Shown in pieces: positions 39,816 to 53,354 of a stretch of DNA of 64,000 bases (the stretch's first letter is position 1; each line of letters starts with the position of its first letter). The stretch lies in contig OZ024744.1 of assembly GCA_964016885.1 (NCBI GenBank), positions 98,084,001-98,148,000 on the forward strand, in the 5' to 3' direction. Origin of the DNA: Eledone cirrhosa. Its lineage: Eukaryota. A program made the translations under genes and the position numbers. Below the pieces are notes generated by a model. The model did no database searches and was not told where the DNA came from. It saw only the letters and a program-made list of their open reading frames with translations.

Positions 39816-39840
39816 CTTCCCCTCGTAACCTCACGCACCA
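39816..39840 (-). CDS. SELENOW: SelW coding exon 2 (25 nt) with in-frame TGA = Sec at 39831-39833
   Basis: Minus strand reads ttcttcaattttcag|T GGT GCG TGA GGT TAC GAG GGG AAG|gtaaga, giving (C)-G-A-U-G-Y-E-G-K, phase 2 to 0. Confidence 0.92.
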
Positions 39841-40734
39841 CTGAAAATTGAAGAAGAAAACAAAAATCATTAATCATTTTGTGATAAATTAATGAACAAA
39901 AAATAAAAATAAATATGAATACAGAATTTCATTAAGATATAATTTGACAAAAATATTTTCTTTTAACCCTTTTGATACCAACCCAGCAAAAACCTGCCCT
40001 GGTTCTATGAAAAAAAAACCATCCATTTCGAATGATCCCTATATAAATTTATATCTGCTATCGTTATATTATACAAGAACAAGGCGGTGGATTGACAGTA
40101 TCAGTGGAGCGTCAGACGCCGTGCTTTGCAGCACAGAGTTGTGGCCCTTTACGTTCTGAGTTGAAATCCCGCCGAGGTTAACTTTGCCATTCATCCTTTC
40201 GGGGTTGATAGAATAAAGTACCAGTGATGTACTGTGGTAATTGCTGTCCTTGTGCCAAAAGTAGAAACAATTATACAAGAACAATATATTAACCATCTGC
40301 ACACATCAGGTTTCCAGGAAAGAACTCTGTCAGTAGGTTCATTCTGGTGACATTTCACATGTCCAACTAATGTGAGCCTCATACACCTTATGATGTCAGA
40401 AAGGTGAATTTCTTTGCTACGTGTGTTCTCCAAGATATGTTCTGGACATTTCTCAGCATTCATGTGATTCTAAATTCTATTTCCATAGTAGGAATTTCTT
40501 CTCAAGCTCTTCAACAGATTCTACTATAAGAACCAGGCCATTAGTATACAGAAGTTCCCATGGACAGCCAGTCTTTAACTCCTGTTATGGCCTGGAGAAC
40601 TATGATAAACAGAATCAGTTAAAACTGAAACTTGCATTCCTCATTAAACTCATTACCTATTCTCGCTCTCTAGATTTTCTGAGCTCAATGTATTTATCCC
40701 TACAATTCTTGATTTTCCTAGAGACATGTACGTA

Positions 40735-42272
40735 CATATATTTATTTATATCACATTCTCCTTCCTACCTGTTATGAGAGTAATGAAGGACAGATAGAGA
40801 CATTCAATATAGAAGAGCACTGGGAGTTCCTAAAAAATAACCTACTAAAGGCGACAGACGAGATTTGTGGTTGGAGCAAGACTACAGGGAGAAGGAGGGT
40901 GACTTGGTGGTGGAACAATAAGGTAGATGAAGCAATTAAGGCCAAGAGACAGGATTGGAAACAATGGAAGAACGGGGGAAGCAGGATACATTACATAGAG
41001 ACCAGGAGGGAAGCTAGGTGACAAGTATACTTAGCTAGGAGGGAAGCGGAGGATAAAAAAATTCAAGTATGTTTTGCAGCATGAGGACCAGAAACAGGAG
41101 GTGTTCAGGATTGCGAGGCAGTGTGTTAGAGAAAATTGCAATGTCCTTAGTGAGAAGTGTGTCCAGGATGATAAAGGTGCACTTGCCCTCATATGCTGAG
41201 AAGAAAGACGCGTCGAAGAGTCATTATGAAAGATTAGTGAATGAAGAGAATGCATGGGAGAAAGAGACCCTACCCCAAGTGGACTCCATAGAGGGCCCAG
41301 CAGTACAATTCAGCAGCTGTGTAGTAAGTAAGGCAATTAAGGATATGAAAACTGGGAAAGCAGCTGGTCCATCAGGAATAGTTGCTGAAATGCTGAAAGC
41401 ATCTGGGCTAGTAGGACACACCATAACCACAGGTATTGTAAACCAAGTAATACTAGATGGTGTCATACCAAATGATTGGCACAATAGCATCATTGTCAAT
41501 TACTATAAGGTTAAAGAAGATGAACTATATAGAGGAAACTATAGAGGTATAAAGCTGATGGACCAGGTCATGAAAGTAACGGAAAGAGTCATAGCACAGT
41601 TGATTAGGGACTGGGTAAAACTAGATGAGATGCAGTTTGGATTTTTGTACCAGGCAAAAGCACCACTGACACTTGTGAGACAGTTACAAGAAAAGTACCT
41701 AGCTAAAAACAAGCTGCTCTACCTGGCATTTGTTGATCTGAAGAAAGCTTTCGACAGAGTTCCCCATGATATAATCTGGTGGGCTCTTAGAAAACTAGGA
41801 GTAGATGAATGGCTTCTGAAGGCTGTACAAGCCATGTATAGGGGAGCAGTCAGCAAAGTTAGGGTTAACAATGACTATAGCGAGGAATTTAGTGTACAGG
41901 TCGGTGTCGACCATGGCTCTGTTCTTAGCCCAATCCTGTTTACTATCGTTTCGCAGGCTATAACAGAGGACTTTAAGGCTGGCTGCCCATAGGAACTTCT
42001 GTACACAGATGGTCTTACATTCCTAGCTGAATTTATGGCGGAACTAAAGAAGAAATTCCACACATGGAAGCAGGGATTAGAAAGAAATGGTCTCAAAGTC
42101 AACCTGACAAAGACTAAGGTCCTTTTAAGTAGACGAGAAAACAGAACTAAGATCCCCTCAGGGAAATGGTCTTGCTTAGTATGTAGGAAAGGTGTAGATA
42201 GGAACTCCATCCTCTGCCCCATATGCAAACAATGGGTACACAAGAGATGTAGTGGGATCGCAGGTAGTTTAG
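40735..42272 (+). mobile_element. RTE LINE reverse transcriptase fragment
   Basis: KAAGPSGIVAEMLK, NYRGIKLM, QFGF, AFVDLKKAFDRVP and GSVLSPILF motifs; stops and frameshifts; catalytic YADD decayed. Confidence 0.9.
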
Positions 42273-42293
42273 CTATATTTATAAAACCATATT

Positions 42294-42359
42294 TATTTTA
42301 TTATACATATTTCAAGGGCCACCAAGGCAAATTATGGTGTGCTTTCATCAGATAAAATA
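42294..42359 (-). ncRNA. Minimal type I hammerhead (family A, opposite strand)
   Basis: Reverse-complement copy in the left arm of the palindrome. Confidence 0.72.
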
Positions 42360-42552
42360 CAATACAGATTAGTTTTATAAATAAATATTGACATACCCTG
42401 AAAAAAGACAACCTTAACGGTTGGAGCTTCCTGGATAGTGGAGATATCACCCTCAATAAATGTAATATCTCCACTATCCAGGAAGCTCCAACCGTTAAGG
42501 TTGTCTTTTTTCAGGGTATGTCAATATTTATTTATAAAATTAATCTGTATTG

Positions 42553-42618
42553 TATTTTATCTGATGAAAGCGCACCATAATTTGCCTTGGTGGCCCTTGA
42601 AATATGTATAATAAAATA
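42553..42618 (+). ncRNA. Minimal type I hammerhead (family A)
   Basis: TATTTTAT CTGATGA AAGCGCACCA..TGGTGGCCCTT GAAA TATGTA TA ATAAAATA; 8-bp stem I and a quasi-palindromic stem III. Confidence 0.75.
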
Positions 42619-42652
42619 AATATGGTTTTATAAATATAGTTTCCATTTGTTA

Positions 42653-42697
<45 letters not shown>

Positions 42698-42774
42698 ATC
42701 ATCATCATCACATTTAAAGTGTAAAGTGGTCGTGTAGGTGTCCCGACAAAAAGCACCCAGCTCACACTGTAAAT

Positions 42775-43720
42775 TCCTTCCCCAGATGATTTCAGTACAT
42801 TAGTGACTACTTCTGATGGTCCAGCTACTTTACCATTTTTCATCTTCCTGACTGCTTCTTCGACCCTATAACTGTCAACTTCAACAGCTGGTCCCGCTGT
42901 CCAGTCAACTGGGGGTCGTACCTATTCCTTCTACTTATTTTCTACGTTCATCAACCTCTCATAATAGCATTTCCAGGCCCCTTTCATCTGCACACTAGTA
43001 AGGCTAAGTGTACTGGAGTCATTCCAAACACACTTCTCCCAACTTCCTGATTCACACTAACACATTGCTTCACAATCTGGCACACCTCATGTTTCTGATC
43101 CTCACATTGCAGTACATTAGCAAACCTCTTCCTTGCTGCTTCTCTACATGCTAAGTAAACCTGTTGTCTAGCTTCCCTTTTAGCTACTTGGTATTCCATT
43201 TTGGTGCCCCTTTTCCCCAGTCTCTTCATGCCTGTTTATTAGCTACAATGGGTTTTTTCTTTTAGAGAGAAAAGCAGATTACATGAAACATTGTGTGCAA
43301 ACAGCAATGCTACATGAAGTAAGACTTGGACTTTGTGTGTGGAAAGAAATGAAGCAAGCATGCTCTGGTGGATGTGTAAAATAGTATTATACATGAACGA
43401 AAAAGCATTAATGAGCTGATAGAAAACTGTGCACAAGAGGTATCAGATACAGTATGCAGGAGAGAAAACTGCGATGGTTATCGACATGGAATATGCATGG
43501 AGGATGACAGTTGCATAAAGAAATACAGATTGCTTGAAATCGATGGAACCTATTGAAATGGAATACCTAGGAAAACTTGGGATGATGTGAAGGCACTCCT
43601 CACAAAGAAGATGACCCAAGATCAAGTTGAAATGTGACATGCTGTACTGCAGGAGGCATATGTTCTCACATGCGTGGGATGAAACAAGCATGAAGAGGAT
43701 GGTAGTGAAGAAACAGAGAG
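42775..43720. mobile_element. Two abutting decayed RTE fragments (minus 42775-43240, plus 43250-43720)
   Basis: MKNGKVAGPS and YQVAKREARQQVY remnants. Confidence 0.65.
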
Positions 43721-43735
43721 AGGTGGAATATACAA

Positions 43736-43777
<42 letters not shown>

Positions 43778-44039
43778 CATCATCACCATTTTACGTCCGT
43801 TCTTTCATGCTAGCATGGGTTAGACGGGTTGTCCTGTTGTGGGCAGTGTCTGGTCGGTTGACAATGCCTTGCTCATACAGGAACTGATTCTGGCTTGATT
43901 TCTACAGCTGGATGCTCTTCCTAACACCAACCTCATTTACAGTGAGTGCTGGGTGCTTTTCTGCCGTGGCACCTCCACGACCACTTTGCAGTGGGAGGGT
44001 ATGGGGGCATATCGTTTATATGCTTCAGCTTCAGCTTGT

Positions 44040-44083
<44 letters not shown>

Positions 44084-44329
44084 AAAATGTTGGGTGAAAA
44101 CAATGGAAAAATAGATGAAACACAGTACAGAACCTTCTCATCAGTTGACCACTAGAGGTCTTTGTGGTTTTGGTGCTATAAGCTGTACTGTGTTTCTTCC
44201 ATTTTCTGTTGTCTTCGCCCATTGTTTTGATTCTTTGTATGATCTTAGCCATGCTAGATACTTTTTCAAAAGTATATACACACACATCATTTATCATTCA
44301 ATTTCTATGCTAGCAAATATATATATATA

Positions 44330-44510
44330 TATAATATAGATGAGATTCTACAGGACTAGAACTGTTTCATTCTTTAGAAATCATTTCTAAAGAATGAAAC
44401 AGTTCTAGTCCTGTAGAATCTCATCTATATTAAAACTTCTATACTCTGCTATGTATTGAGTACCTTACTTACTGTGGTTACCTCCGATTCAACTCGGAAT
44501 AATGTACTTT
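44330..44510. mobile_element. Fold-back element, same family as 957-1132
   Basis: Perfect palindrome centred near 44382 with the shared tail gtattgagtaccttactta; TA-repeat flanks. Confidence 0.65.
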
Positions 44511-44549
44511 ATATATATATATATATATATATATACGCACACACACACG

Positions 44550-44970
44550 TCATGACAAAACACACCCAGCCCACACTGTCAAATGGTCATGTAGGTGTCA
44601 CGACAAAAAGCACCCAGTCCACACTGTAAAGTTGTCGTGTAGGTGTCATGACAAAAAGCACCTAGTCCACACTGTAAAGTTGTCGTGTAGGTGTCACAAC
44701 AAAAAGCACCCAGCACACACTGTAAAGTGGTCGTGTAGGTGTCACAACAAAAAGCACCCAGCACACACTGTAAAGTGGTCGTGTAGGTGTCACAACAAAA
44801 AGCACCCAGCACACACTGTAAAGTTGTCGTGTAGGTGTCACAACAAAAAGCACCCAGCACACACTGTAAAGTGGTCGTGTAGGTGTCACAACAAAAAGCA
44901 CCCAGCACATGCTGTAAAGATGTCGTGTAGGGGACACAGCAAAAAGCACCCAGCCCACACTGTAAATGTG
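44550..44970. repeat. 48-bp minisatellite, ~9 copies, RTE 3'UTR module
   Basis: 16-aa periodicity in the spurious ORFs. Confidence 0.9.
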
Positions 44971-45204
44971 GTTGGCATTAGGAAGGGTATCTAGCCCTAG
45001 AAAACCTGCCAGAAACAGTCCTATATGAGTGAGACATGGTCACCTGACCCACCTTGCCTCTAATGGAACAAACCCATCTAACCCATGCTAAAGTGGAAAG
45101 TAGACGTTAAATGATGATGATGATGATGATGTGTATGTGTGTGTTTATGCACAACCATATATATATATATATATGAGTGTGTGTGTACACAAACATATAT
45201 GCAT

Positions 45205-46875
45205 ATAAACCTAGAGTTGAAAAGCCCTAAAGAAAACTTCACAAAGACAAAAGTCTTAATAACTAGGAAAAAGGACAAGAGGCTGATATGATCAGGGAAG
45301 TGGCCTTGTTCAATATAACAGAAAGGGTTGGGCAGAAATTCTATAAGGTGTACACAGTGTAATCTATGACAGCACAAAAGATGTAGTGGGATTGCAGGAA
45401 GGTTAACAGAGAAGATAGACTTTATGAGTTTATGAGATATAGATACACAAGAGAAGTAAGGACATGTGAAATTGTTTGACTTGGCTGCATGGGAGGCTCC
45501 ATAGAAGTTGTTGACAGTTTTTGATACCTTGGTAATCTAATTAGCAGTGGGGGGAGGGGTTGCTTTAAAGGTGTGCTGATCAGAATAAGAATTGGCTAGA
45601 AGTTTAGGCAGTTGGTACTGCTAATGACAACAAAGGGCTTCTCTCTTGTGAAGGATAGACTGCATGATGCCTGTGTGCAAACTGTAATGCTACATGGCAG
45701 TGAAATATGGGCCTCAACTGCAGAAGACAATGCAAAGGCTAGAAAGAAAGGTGTGTTCTGGTGGATGAGTAATGTCAGTGTGTATAAATGACGTAACATA
45801 AGTGAATTGAGAGAAAAACTTGGCATAAGAAAGATTGGATGTAATGTGCAAGAGAGAAGACAGTGTTGGTATGGATAAGAAGATTATACCTTTTTGTACC
45901 CAAAATGTGCATTGTGGATATAGTATAGTTTCTAACTAGTCCTTTTCTGCATATCGAGCATGGTTATTTCTCTTATGGGATTAAGACCTTGTCTTTGTCC
46001 CTATTTATTAAGACTTAAGTTTTTAATAACTTCCCTCTCAGTCCTTTTGATTCTAGGTTCTGTTTCCACGGTCAGAATTTGTTCTCTACTATAAGAACAA
46101 AATCATCAGCATATAGAAGTTCCCATGGATAACCTGTCTTAAACACCACAGTTGTGGCTTGAAAGACTATGATAAACAGCAATAGGCTGAAAACCAAACC
46201 TGGTGAACACCTACCTACATATTGAATTCCTTACTAAACTCATTATCTACTTTTACTTTACTGACAGCTCCTCTGTACATGATTTGCACTGCTCTCACAA
46301 GTCATTCTTTTACATCTAGTTTCTTTAAAGGCCTTCTCTAGAACAACAAAAACTAGATACAGAGGCTTACTCTTAGCTAGGAACTTCACTTGTAGTTGGT
46401 TATCTCACTAAGAGGATATCTGTAGTACTCCTTTCTTGGACAAAACTGAACTGCATCTCATCTAATTTGACTATTCCTCTAATTTAGTTGTGCTAGAACT
46501 CTTTCTGGCACTTTCATAACTGTTGCTGGTCCTTTCTGGAGCATCACCTTTTCCCTTGTAACAATTAATGAGTATACTGTTGTACCAGTCATTGGATATG
46601 ACACGGTCCTGTATTACCTGATTTATTATGCAGGTTACTAGTTCAACTCCTATTTCTCCTGAAGCTTTATGCATCTTAGCAACTATCTTAGATGGTCCTA
46701 CGGCTTTACCATACTTCATCTCCTTGATTGCTTCTTGACCCTATAACTATTTAGATAACCGGTCCCTCTGTTGGGTCAGTAGAGGGTAGTCTCCCTTCCT
46801 CTCACTCATTCTCCACATTCATCAGCCTCCCATAGTAACATTTCCAGACCTTTCTTTTCAGCATCAGTAAGCCTG
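45205..46875. mobile_element. Two decayed RTE fragments (plus 45205-45880, minus 45900-46875)
   Basis: KAVGPSKIVAKM and NCYKGKGDA remnants; homologous to 14145 and 41069. Confidence 0.7.
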
Positions 46876-47969
46876 TAGTAGGTTGAACTTCCATGACTGC
46901 AGAGGGTAGATGTGGGCTCCACAAGCTACTGTAGAGCCAACCTGTCAAGAAGAGTAGTCACTCTGAATAAAAACTGATGCAGGGTCAGACAACCTCACTA
47001 GAGCTGCTGGCAAGAATAATGGTTTCTCATTTAGGAAACAAAGCCAACAATTTGGGAGAGGGGAAAGTCGATTAAATCGACCCCAGTGCATTACTGGTAC
47101 TTTATTTTATCGACCCCCGTAAGGATGAAAGGCAAAGTTAACCTCGGTGGGATTTGAACTTAGAACATAAAGAGCCATAACTCTGTACTGCAAAGCATGG
47201 CGCCTGACGCTCTACCGATACTGCCAATACATCGCCCTACTGCTGGCAAAAATAATACACCCAGTACACTCTGTAAAGTGGTTGGTGATAGGAAGGGCAT
47301 CCAGCTAGAAATACCATGCCAAATATGAAAAGCACAACATATAAGATTCACAGTAATTGTATATACAGGACTATCATTAGTCATATTAGTGCTGAACACA
47401 TAAGAAGATTCATTGTTGATGAAAACAACAGCTAAGATCTTTATTGTATTTCATTTTAGTTTCATTATTATCTCATGGATTGGCAGTATCGGTAGAGAGT
47501 CGGACGCTATGCTTTCCAGCATAGAGTTACGTCCCTTTACGGTCTGAGTTCAAAACCCGCCGAGGTTAACTTTGCCTTTCATCCTTACGGGGTCGATAAA
47601 ATAAAGTACCAGTAATGTACTGGGGTATTTGCTGGCCTTGTGCCTAACCTAGAAACAATTATTATCTCAAGCAAAGAGTTACGGCCCTTTATGGTTTGAG
47701 TTCAAATCCCGCTGAGGTTAACTTTGCCTTTCATCCTTACGGGGGGGTCGATAAAATAAAGTACCAGTAATACACTGGGATAATTGCTGGCCTTGTGCCA
47801 ATAGTAGAAACAATTATTATCTCAACCAATCTCTCTCTCAATTAATGATATTGTATTCCTATTATAGCAGATACTGGAACATTTTTCATGTATTGCATAT
47901 TGCTTGGTGGCCAAGCATTTATCTATCAATCTCTCTCTCTCTCTCTCCATACATATGTATACATATATA

Positions 47970-48535
47970 TCATCATCATCATCATCACGTCCGTTGCTCC
48001 ACGCTAGCATGGGTTAGACGGGTTGTCCTGTTCTGGTCGGCTGACCATGCCTTGCTCATACAGGAACTGATTCTGGCTTGATTTCTACAGCTGGATGCCC
48101 TTCCTAACACCAACCTCATTTACAGTGAGTGCTGGGTGCTTTTTCGTGGCGCCTACACGTCCACTTTACAGTGTGGGCTGGGTGCTTTTTAGCCGAGGCA
48201 CCTCCACGACCACCTTGCGGTGGGAGGGTGTGAAGGCATATTGTCTATATGCTTCAGCTTGTACCCATGGGAGGTCGGGTACTCTGTATTACTGCGTGAC
48301 GCCAGAGGTCACGGTAGTGTGTCATTGCCTTTGAGGTGTAATTGGGTAAGGTCGGCTTTTAACACCTCATCCCAGGTCATCTTGGGTCTCCCCACTCCAC
48401 GGTTTCCATCGACTTCTAGTGCTCTGCACCTTTTTATGCAGCTGTCATCCTTCATACACATCACAGTCCATACCAGCACAACCTGATTTGATTCCTCTTA
48501 TGCTCAGTCTCTCTCTCAATTCATTTATGCTTTTA
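47970..48535 (-). mobile_element. RTE LINE 3' end, closely similar to 14700-15292
   Basis: Direct sequence comparison by eye. Confidence 0.8.
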
Positions 48536-48918
48536 TACATATATATATATATATATATTAAAAGCACAGCCAATGCTCGACAGTAAAACTAAATGTGTGC
48601 ATTCAGAAGAGGTGATTGCATCTGCATAACTGCAATTCAGTAGATTTGTTGATTGACCTAGACGCTGGTCGAAGGACGCTGTATTTATACCAGAGATCTT
48701 CGTTTATATTGTTATATATATATATTTTCCTGCTATTTCAAGTGTTAAATTAATATATTCCTTCCGTGTACTGTGATGTTTGTTTTTTTTGTTTTTTTCT
48801 GTTTACTTTTTACACACACACACATAGTTTAGAATAAAACTCTTACGAACAAGAAAACAGATATGGATAGGTGAAGAAGTTACTACAGCTCAATATTAAC
48901 AGTTTTGGTATTCTTTCC

Positions 48919-49073
<155 letters not shown>

Positions 49074-49159
49074 AGGTCACAATATCAGGCGCCTTGAAAC
49101 TTTAGGTAGTACTTTTGTTCCGTGTGTGAACATGAATAAATAATATAATATAATATAAT

Positions 49160-50030
49160 ATATATTGTTGAGGACATGACAGGAGACGCCCAACCCACCC
49201 TTTAAAGCAGTTGTGTTGGTGGCATGACAGAAGATGCCCAGTCAGCCATGTGGAGTGTTCAGTTTGGTAGTACGACATGACAATAATCACCCAGCCTACC
49301 CTGTAAAATAGGTGTGGTGAAGACACGACAAAAGCACCCAGGCCAACACAACACAAAGCAGTCGTGTTGGAGACAAGACAAAAGAGCCCAATCCACACTT
49401 TCACATGTAAAGTCGTTGTTTTAGTACCATGACAAGGAACCCAGCCCACACTAAAGTGGTTGTGTTGGTGACAGAACAAAAACCATCTCAGCCCACCCTA
49501 TAAAGTGGTCATTTGGTGCCATGACAAAGAGCACCCAGTACACACTGTAAAGTGGTCATTTGGTTCCCCAACAAAAAGCACCCTGTCCACACTGTAAAGT
49601 GGTCATGTAGGTGTCATGACAAAATGTGCCCAGTTGACACTGTAAAGTGGTCATGTAGGTGTCATAAAAAATGTGCCCAGTTGACACTGTAAAGTGGTCA
49701 TGTAGGTGTCATGACAAAATGTGCCCAGTTGACACTGTAAAGTGGTCATGTAGGTGTCATGACAAAAAGTGCCCAGTTGACACTGTAAAGTGGTCATGTA
49801 GGTGTCATAACAAAAAGTGCTCAGTTGACACTGTAAAGTGGTCATGTAGGTGTCATAACAAAATGTGCCCAGTTGACACTGTAAAGTGGTCATGTAGGTG
49901 TCATGACAAAAAGTGCCCAGTTGACACTGTAAAGTGGTCATGTAGGTGTCACGACAAAGAGTGCCCAATCCACACTGTAAAGAGGTCGTGTTGGTGTCAC
50001 AACAAAAAGCACCCAGCCCATACTGTAAAT
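49160..50030. repeat. 48-bp minisatellite, RTE 3'UTR module
   Basis: Homogeneous at 49590-49960 and degenerate upstream. Confidence 0.88.
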
Positions 50031-50747
50031 GTGGTTGGCGTTAGTAAGGACATCCACCCATAGAAACCAAGACAAAATCTGTTCCGTATGAACAAGACAC
50101 AGTCATCTGATTTGACTCATTTCACAATGGGACCAACTCATCTAACCCATGCTAGTGTGGAAAATGGACATTAAACAGTGATGATGATAATGATGATGAT
50201 ATATATATATATATATATCATCATCATCAACATCATCATCATCATTTTATGTCCACTTTTTTTCCCTGCTTGCAAGGGTGGGACGGGAACCGATTCTGGC
50301 TTGATTTCTACAGCTGGATGCCCTTCCTAACACCAACCTCATTTACAGTGAGTGCTGGGTGCTTTTTTTGCGGGGCACCTCCACAACTACTTTACAGTGG
50401 AATGATAGGGACCCCAGTCCCTATCATCTCATTTCTACAGCTGAGTAAACTGGAGCAATGTGAAATAAAGTGTCTTGCTCAAGGACACAACACAGCCGGT
50501 CTGAGAATTGAACTCACAATCTTTCGATTGCAAGGCCAATGCTCTAACCACTATCTCCCAACTCCTCGCTTAAAGTCTTTATTTAACTTCTTAATGTCCA
50601 GTAAGAAGATCTGTTGTTGATGAAAACAGCAGCTCAGATCTTTATTGCATGTTGGATTTTGTTTCTGTTTTAGTTTCATTGTTAACTCAATTAATGATAT
50701 TGTATTCCTATTATAGTGGATATAATAACACAATAGATACTCTCGGC

Positions 50748-51697
50748 CAGTGGTCACCAACCAGTGGTCCAAGAGAAAATTTGGACATTATTTGCAATTT
50801 TTGTTTTATTAATAATTGTTTCTACTTTTGGCACAAGGCCAGCAATTATCCCAGTGCATTACTGGTAGTTTATTTTATCGAACCCATAAGGATGAAAGAC
50901 AAAGTTAACCTCAGCAGTATTTGAACTCAGACTGTATAGGGCCGTAACTCTATGCTACAAAGCATGGCAGTATCAGTAGAGGGTCGGACACCAAGCTTTG
51001 CAGCAAAGAATTACGGCCCTGAGTTCAAATCCCGCCGAGGTTAACTTTGCCTTTCATCCTTATGGGGTCGATAAAATAAAAGTACCAGTAAATTGCTGGC
51101 CTTGTGCCAAAGGTAGAAACAATTATTAATAATAAAACAAAAATAATATTCAGTTAAAATATATTTTATAACCCCCTAAAATATGTTTTAATAGGTGCAT
51201 TTCATATTAATAAAATGGTAGTTCTCTGATCATTATTTTATCGGTAGAGGGTCCGACACCATGCTTTGACGTATAGAGTTACGGCCCTTGCCATTCTGAG
51301 TTCAAACCCCGCCAAAGTTAACTTTGCCTTTCATCCTTACGGGGTCGATAAAACAAAGTACCAGTAATGCACTGGATAATTGCTGGCCTTGTGCCTAAAG
51401 TAGAAACAATTATTTTATCGGTAGAGGGTCCGACACCATGCTTTGACATATAGAGTTACGGCTCTTGCCATTCTGAGTTCAAATCCTGCCGAGGTTAACT
51501 TTGCCTTTCATCCTTACGAGGTCGATAAAATAAAAGTACCAGTAATACACTGGGATAATTGCTGGCCTTGTGCCAAAAGTAGAAACAATTATTTTATAAA
51601 TGTATTTACCTTTTTAAAAAATTTCATATTAGTGGTCCACGAGATTTAAAATTATGAATTTAGTGGTCCGTGAGGTCGGAAAGATTGGTGACTACTG
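50748..51697. mobile_element. hAT-like MITE containing four SINE copies
   Basis: CAGTGGTCACCAA...TTGGTGACTACTG termini with a perfect 8-bp TSD CTCTCGGC. Confidence 0.8.
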
Positions 51698-51917
51698 CTC
51701 TCGGCAGAGCCTTTATGAGAGGAAAAGGCAGATATATATAGACATCTCACTATGGAACGCACTCAACACCCCACCCCACCCACACACACCATGTGAGTAC
51801 CCCAGTGAATCTACAAGGGAAATGATGATACCCTAGAGAATTTAAACTAATAGATCAATTTATAGGAATGATGGAAATAGCTCTAATACAGCTAATTAAG
51901 AAAAAAAAAACTCAGAT

Positions 51918-52659
51918 TACCGTATATACTTGAATATGAGCTGATCCAAATATAAGCCAACCTCTATTTTATGTCTGAGAAATGGGCAAAAATCCAAACC
52001 CCATTCATAAGCCGAGGCAGCTAATCAATACATTGGGTTTTGATGGTGCGGTTTAGAAATTCTCATGAAAGGAGAATATATTTAAGCGGTTTTAATATTC
52101 TAATATATAAAATGTTTTAAGTGTCGTTTAGATCAGGCATGTCAGACATGCGGCCCTTTACAAGCACACCTGCGGCCCACACAAAGGTTTTTACAGCGCG
52201 AGCATGTTTTATCTTTGTAATATAAAATATAAACTATTAGTTGTAATGTGCGCAATTAGTTGTCAAGTGTGGCCCTCAGACAACACATATGTGACCTATG
52301 TGGTCTTCGGGGGACATTCAGTTTGACATGCCTGCTTTAGATTATAGTTTCTGTTTCACAACTACATTATATAATGATTTTTTAACAATTTCCAACTGCT
52401 TCAAAGGCCGTATTCATTCAAAACATATCAAAAACTATAAGAAAAATGAATTTTACATCGAAAGTGAAACTGGTGTGATATTTACCTAAAAAATGAAACT
52501 GGTGTAATATTCACTTCCAAAGCAAGAATGTTTTAGAACCTCATTTGAAGTTAGTGAAAATGAGCAAAATATTGACCTTGAATATAAGCCACAACCACCA
52601 TTTTGCCATAGATTTTTTTGTCATATATTTCTCAGCTTATATATGAGTATATACAGTAG
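51918..52659. mobile_element. Tc1/mariner-type non-autonomous element with a nested hAT MITE at 52134-52334
   Basis: TACCGTATATACT...AGTATATACAGTA termini. The inner CAGGCATGTCA...TGACATGCCTG has the 8-bp TSD (G/C)TTTAGAT. Confidence 0.7.
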
Positions 52660-52766
52660 ACGGAATGCAGTTTGGCTTCGTGCCTGAGAAAAGTACTATA
52701 GATGTCCTCTTCTTAGTGAAACATCTACAAGAGACGTTCCTAGCCAAGAATAAGCCACTATATTTA

Positions 52767-53115
52767 TGGAGGCACATGCTTAGTGGTTAGAGCATTGGAC
52801 TTGCAATCGAAAGGTTGTGAGTTCAATTCTCAGACCAGGTGATGTGTTGTTTCCTTGAGCAAGACACTTTATTTCACATTGCTCCAGTTTACTCAGCTGT
52901 AGAAATGAGATGATAGGGACTGGGGTCCCTATCATTCCACTGTAATGTGGTCGTGGAGGGTCCATGGCAAAAAAAAGCACCCAGCACTCACTGTAAATGA
53001 GGTTGGTGTTAGGAAGGGCATCCAGCTGTCGAAATCAAGCCAGAATTAGTTCCCGTCCCACCCTTGCAAGCAGGGAAAAGCGGACGTAAAAAGCGGACGT
53101 AAAATGATGATGATT
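52767..53115 (+). mobile_element. tRNA-derived SINE family 2 with CORE-like domain and RTE tail. Full copies: 13143-13482-, 22430-22760-, 50220-50551-. Head-only or variant copies: 3716-3837+, 5030-5143-, 29385-29487+, 57120-57365-
   Basis: A box (G)GCTTAGTGG, B box GAGTTCAATTC, CCTTGAGCAAGACACTT, and tail CGTCCCACCCTTGCAAGCAGGGAAAAGCGGACGTAAAATGATGA. Confidence 0.85.
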
Positions 53116-53354
53116 ATTTAACTTTCATTGATCTAGAAAAGGTCTCTGACAGTGTACCACAATCTGTCATGTGGTAAATTAGGTATAGAATAATGCCTGA
53201 TGAGTGTAGTGCAAGCCATATACAGTGGTTTTGTTAGTAAAGTGACAGTAGGAAGTGAGTTTAGTGAGGAATTCATCAGGGTTCGATTTTTAGCCCACTG
53301 CTTTTCATCATAGTTCTCTGCCTGTCCCTTCTTTCTTTCTAATTTCTCATTCTT

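Larger units (their letters stand above)
18500..39840 (-). other. SELENOW: Selenoprotein W gene, spliced, exons 2-6 (exon 1 not located, probably beyond 64000)
   Basis: Five AG/GT-bounded exons splice in frame to (C)GAUGYEGK-YRELKRLLEMDFPDMLEF-SCEATPSQTGWLEVSVVGGKMLHSKK-NGDGYVNTDEKYDRILSGVKAALKK*. This matches the SelW/Rdx pattern (CxxU, G.(F/L)EV...G...HSKK.GDGYV.T). Confidence 0.93.
42273..42658. mobile_element. Fold-back element, family A
   Basis: About 175-bp perfect arms around a 17-nt loop; abuts and truncates an RTE fragment; TA repeats on the right. Confidence 0.8.

Noticed and set aside
41069-41992. 307-aa reverse transcriptase ORF as an active gene
   Set aside because: It is flanked by stops and frameshifts and the YADD motif is decayed, so it is a dead RTE copy.
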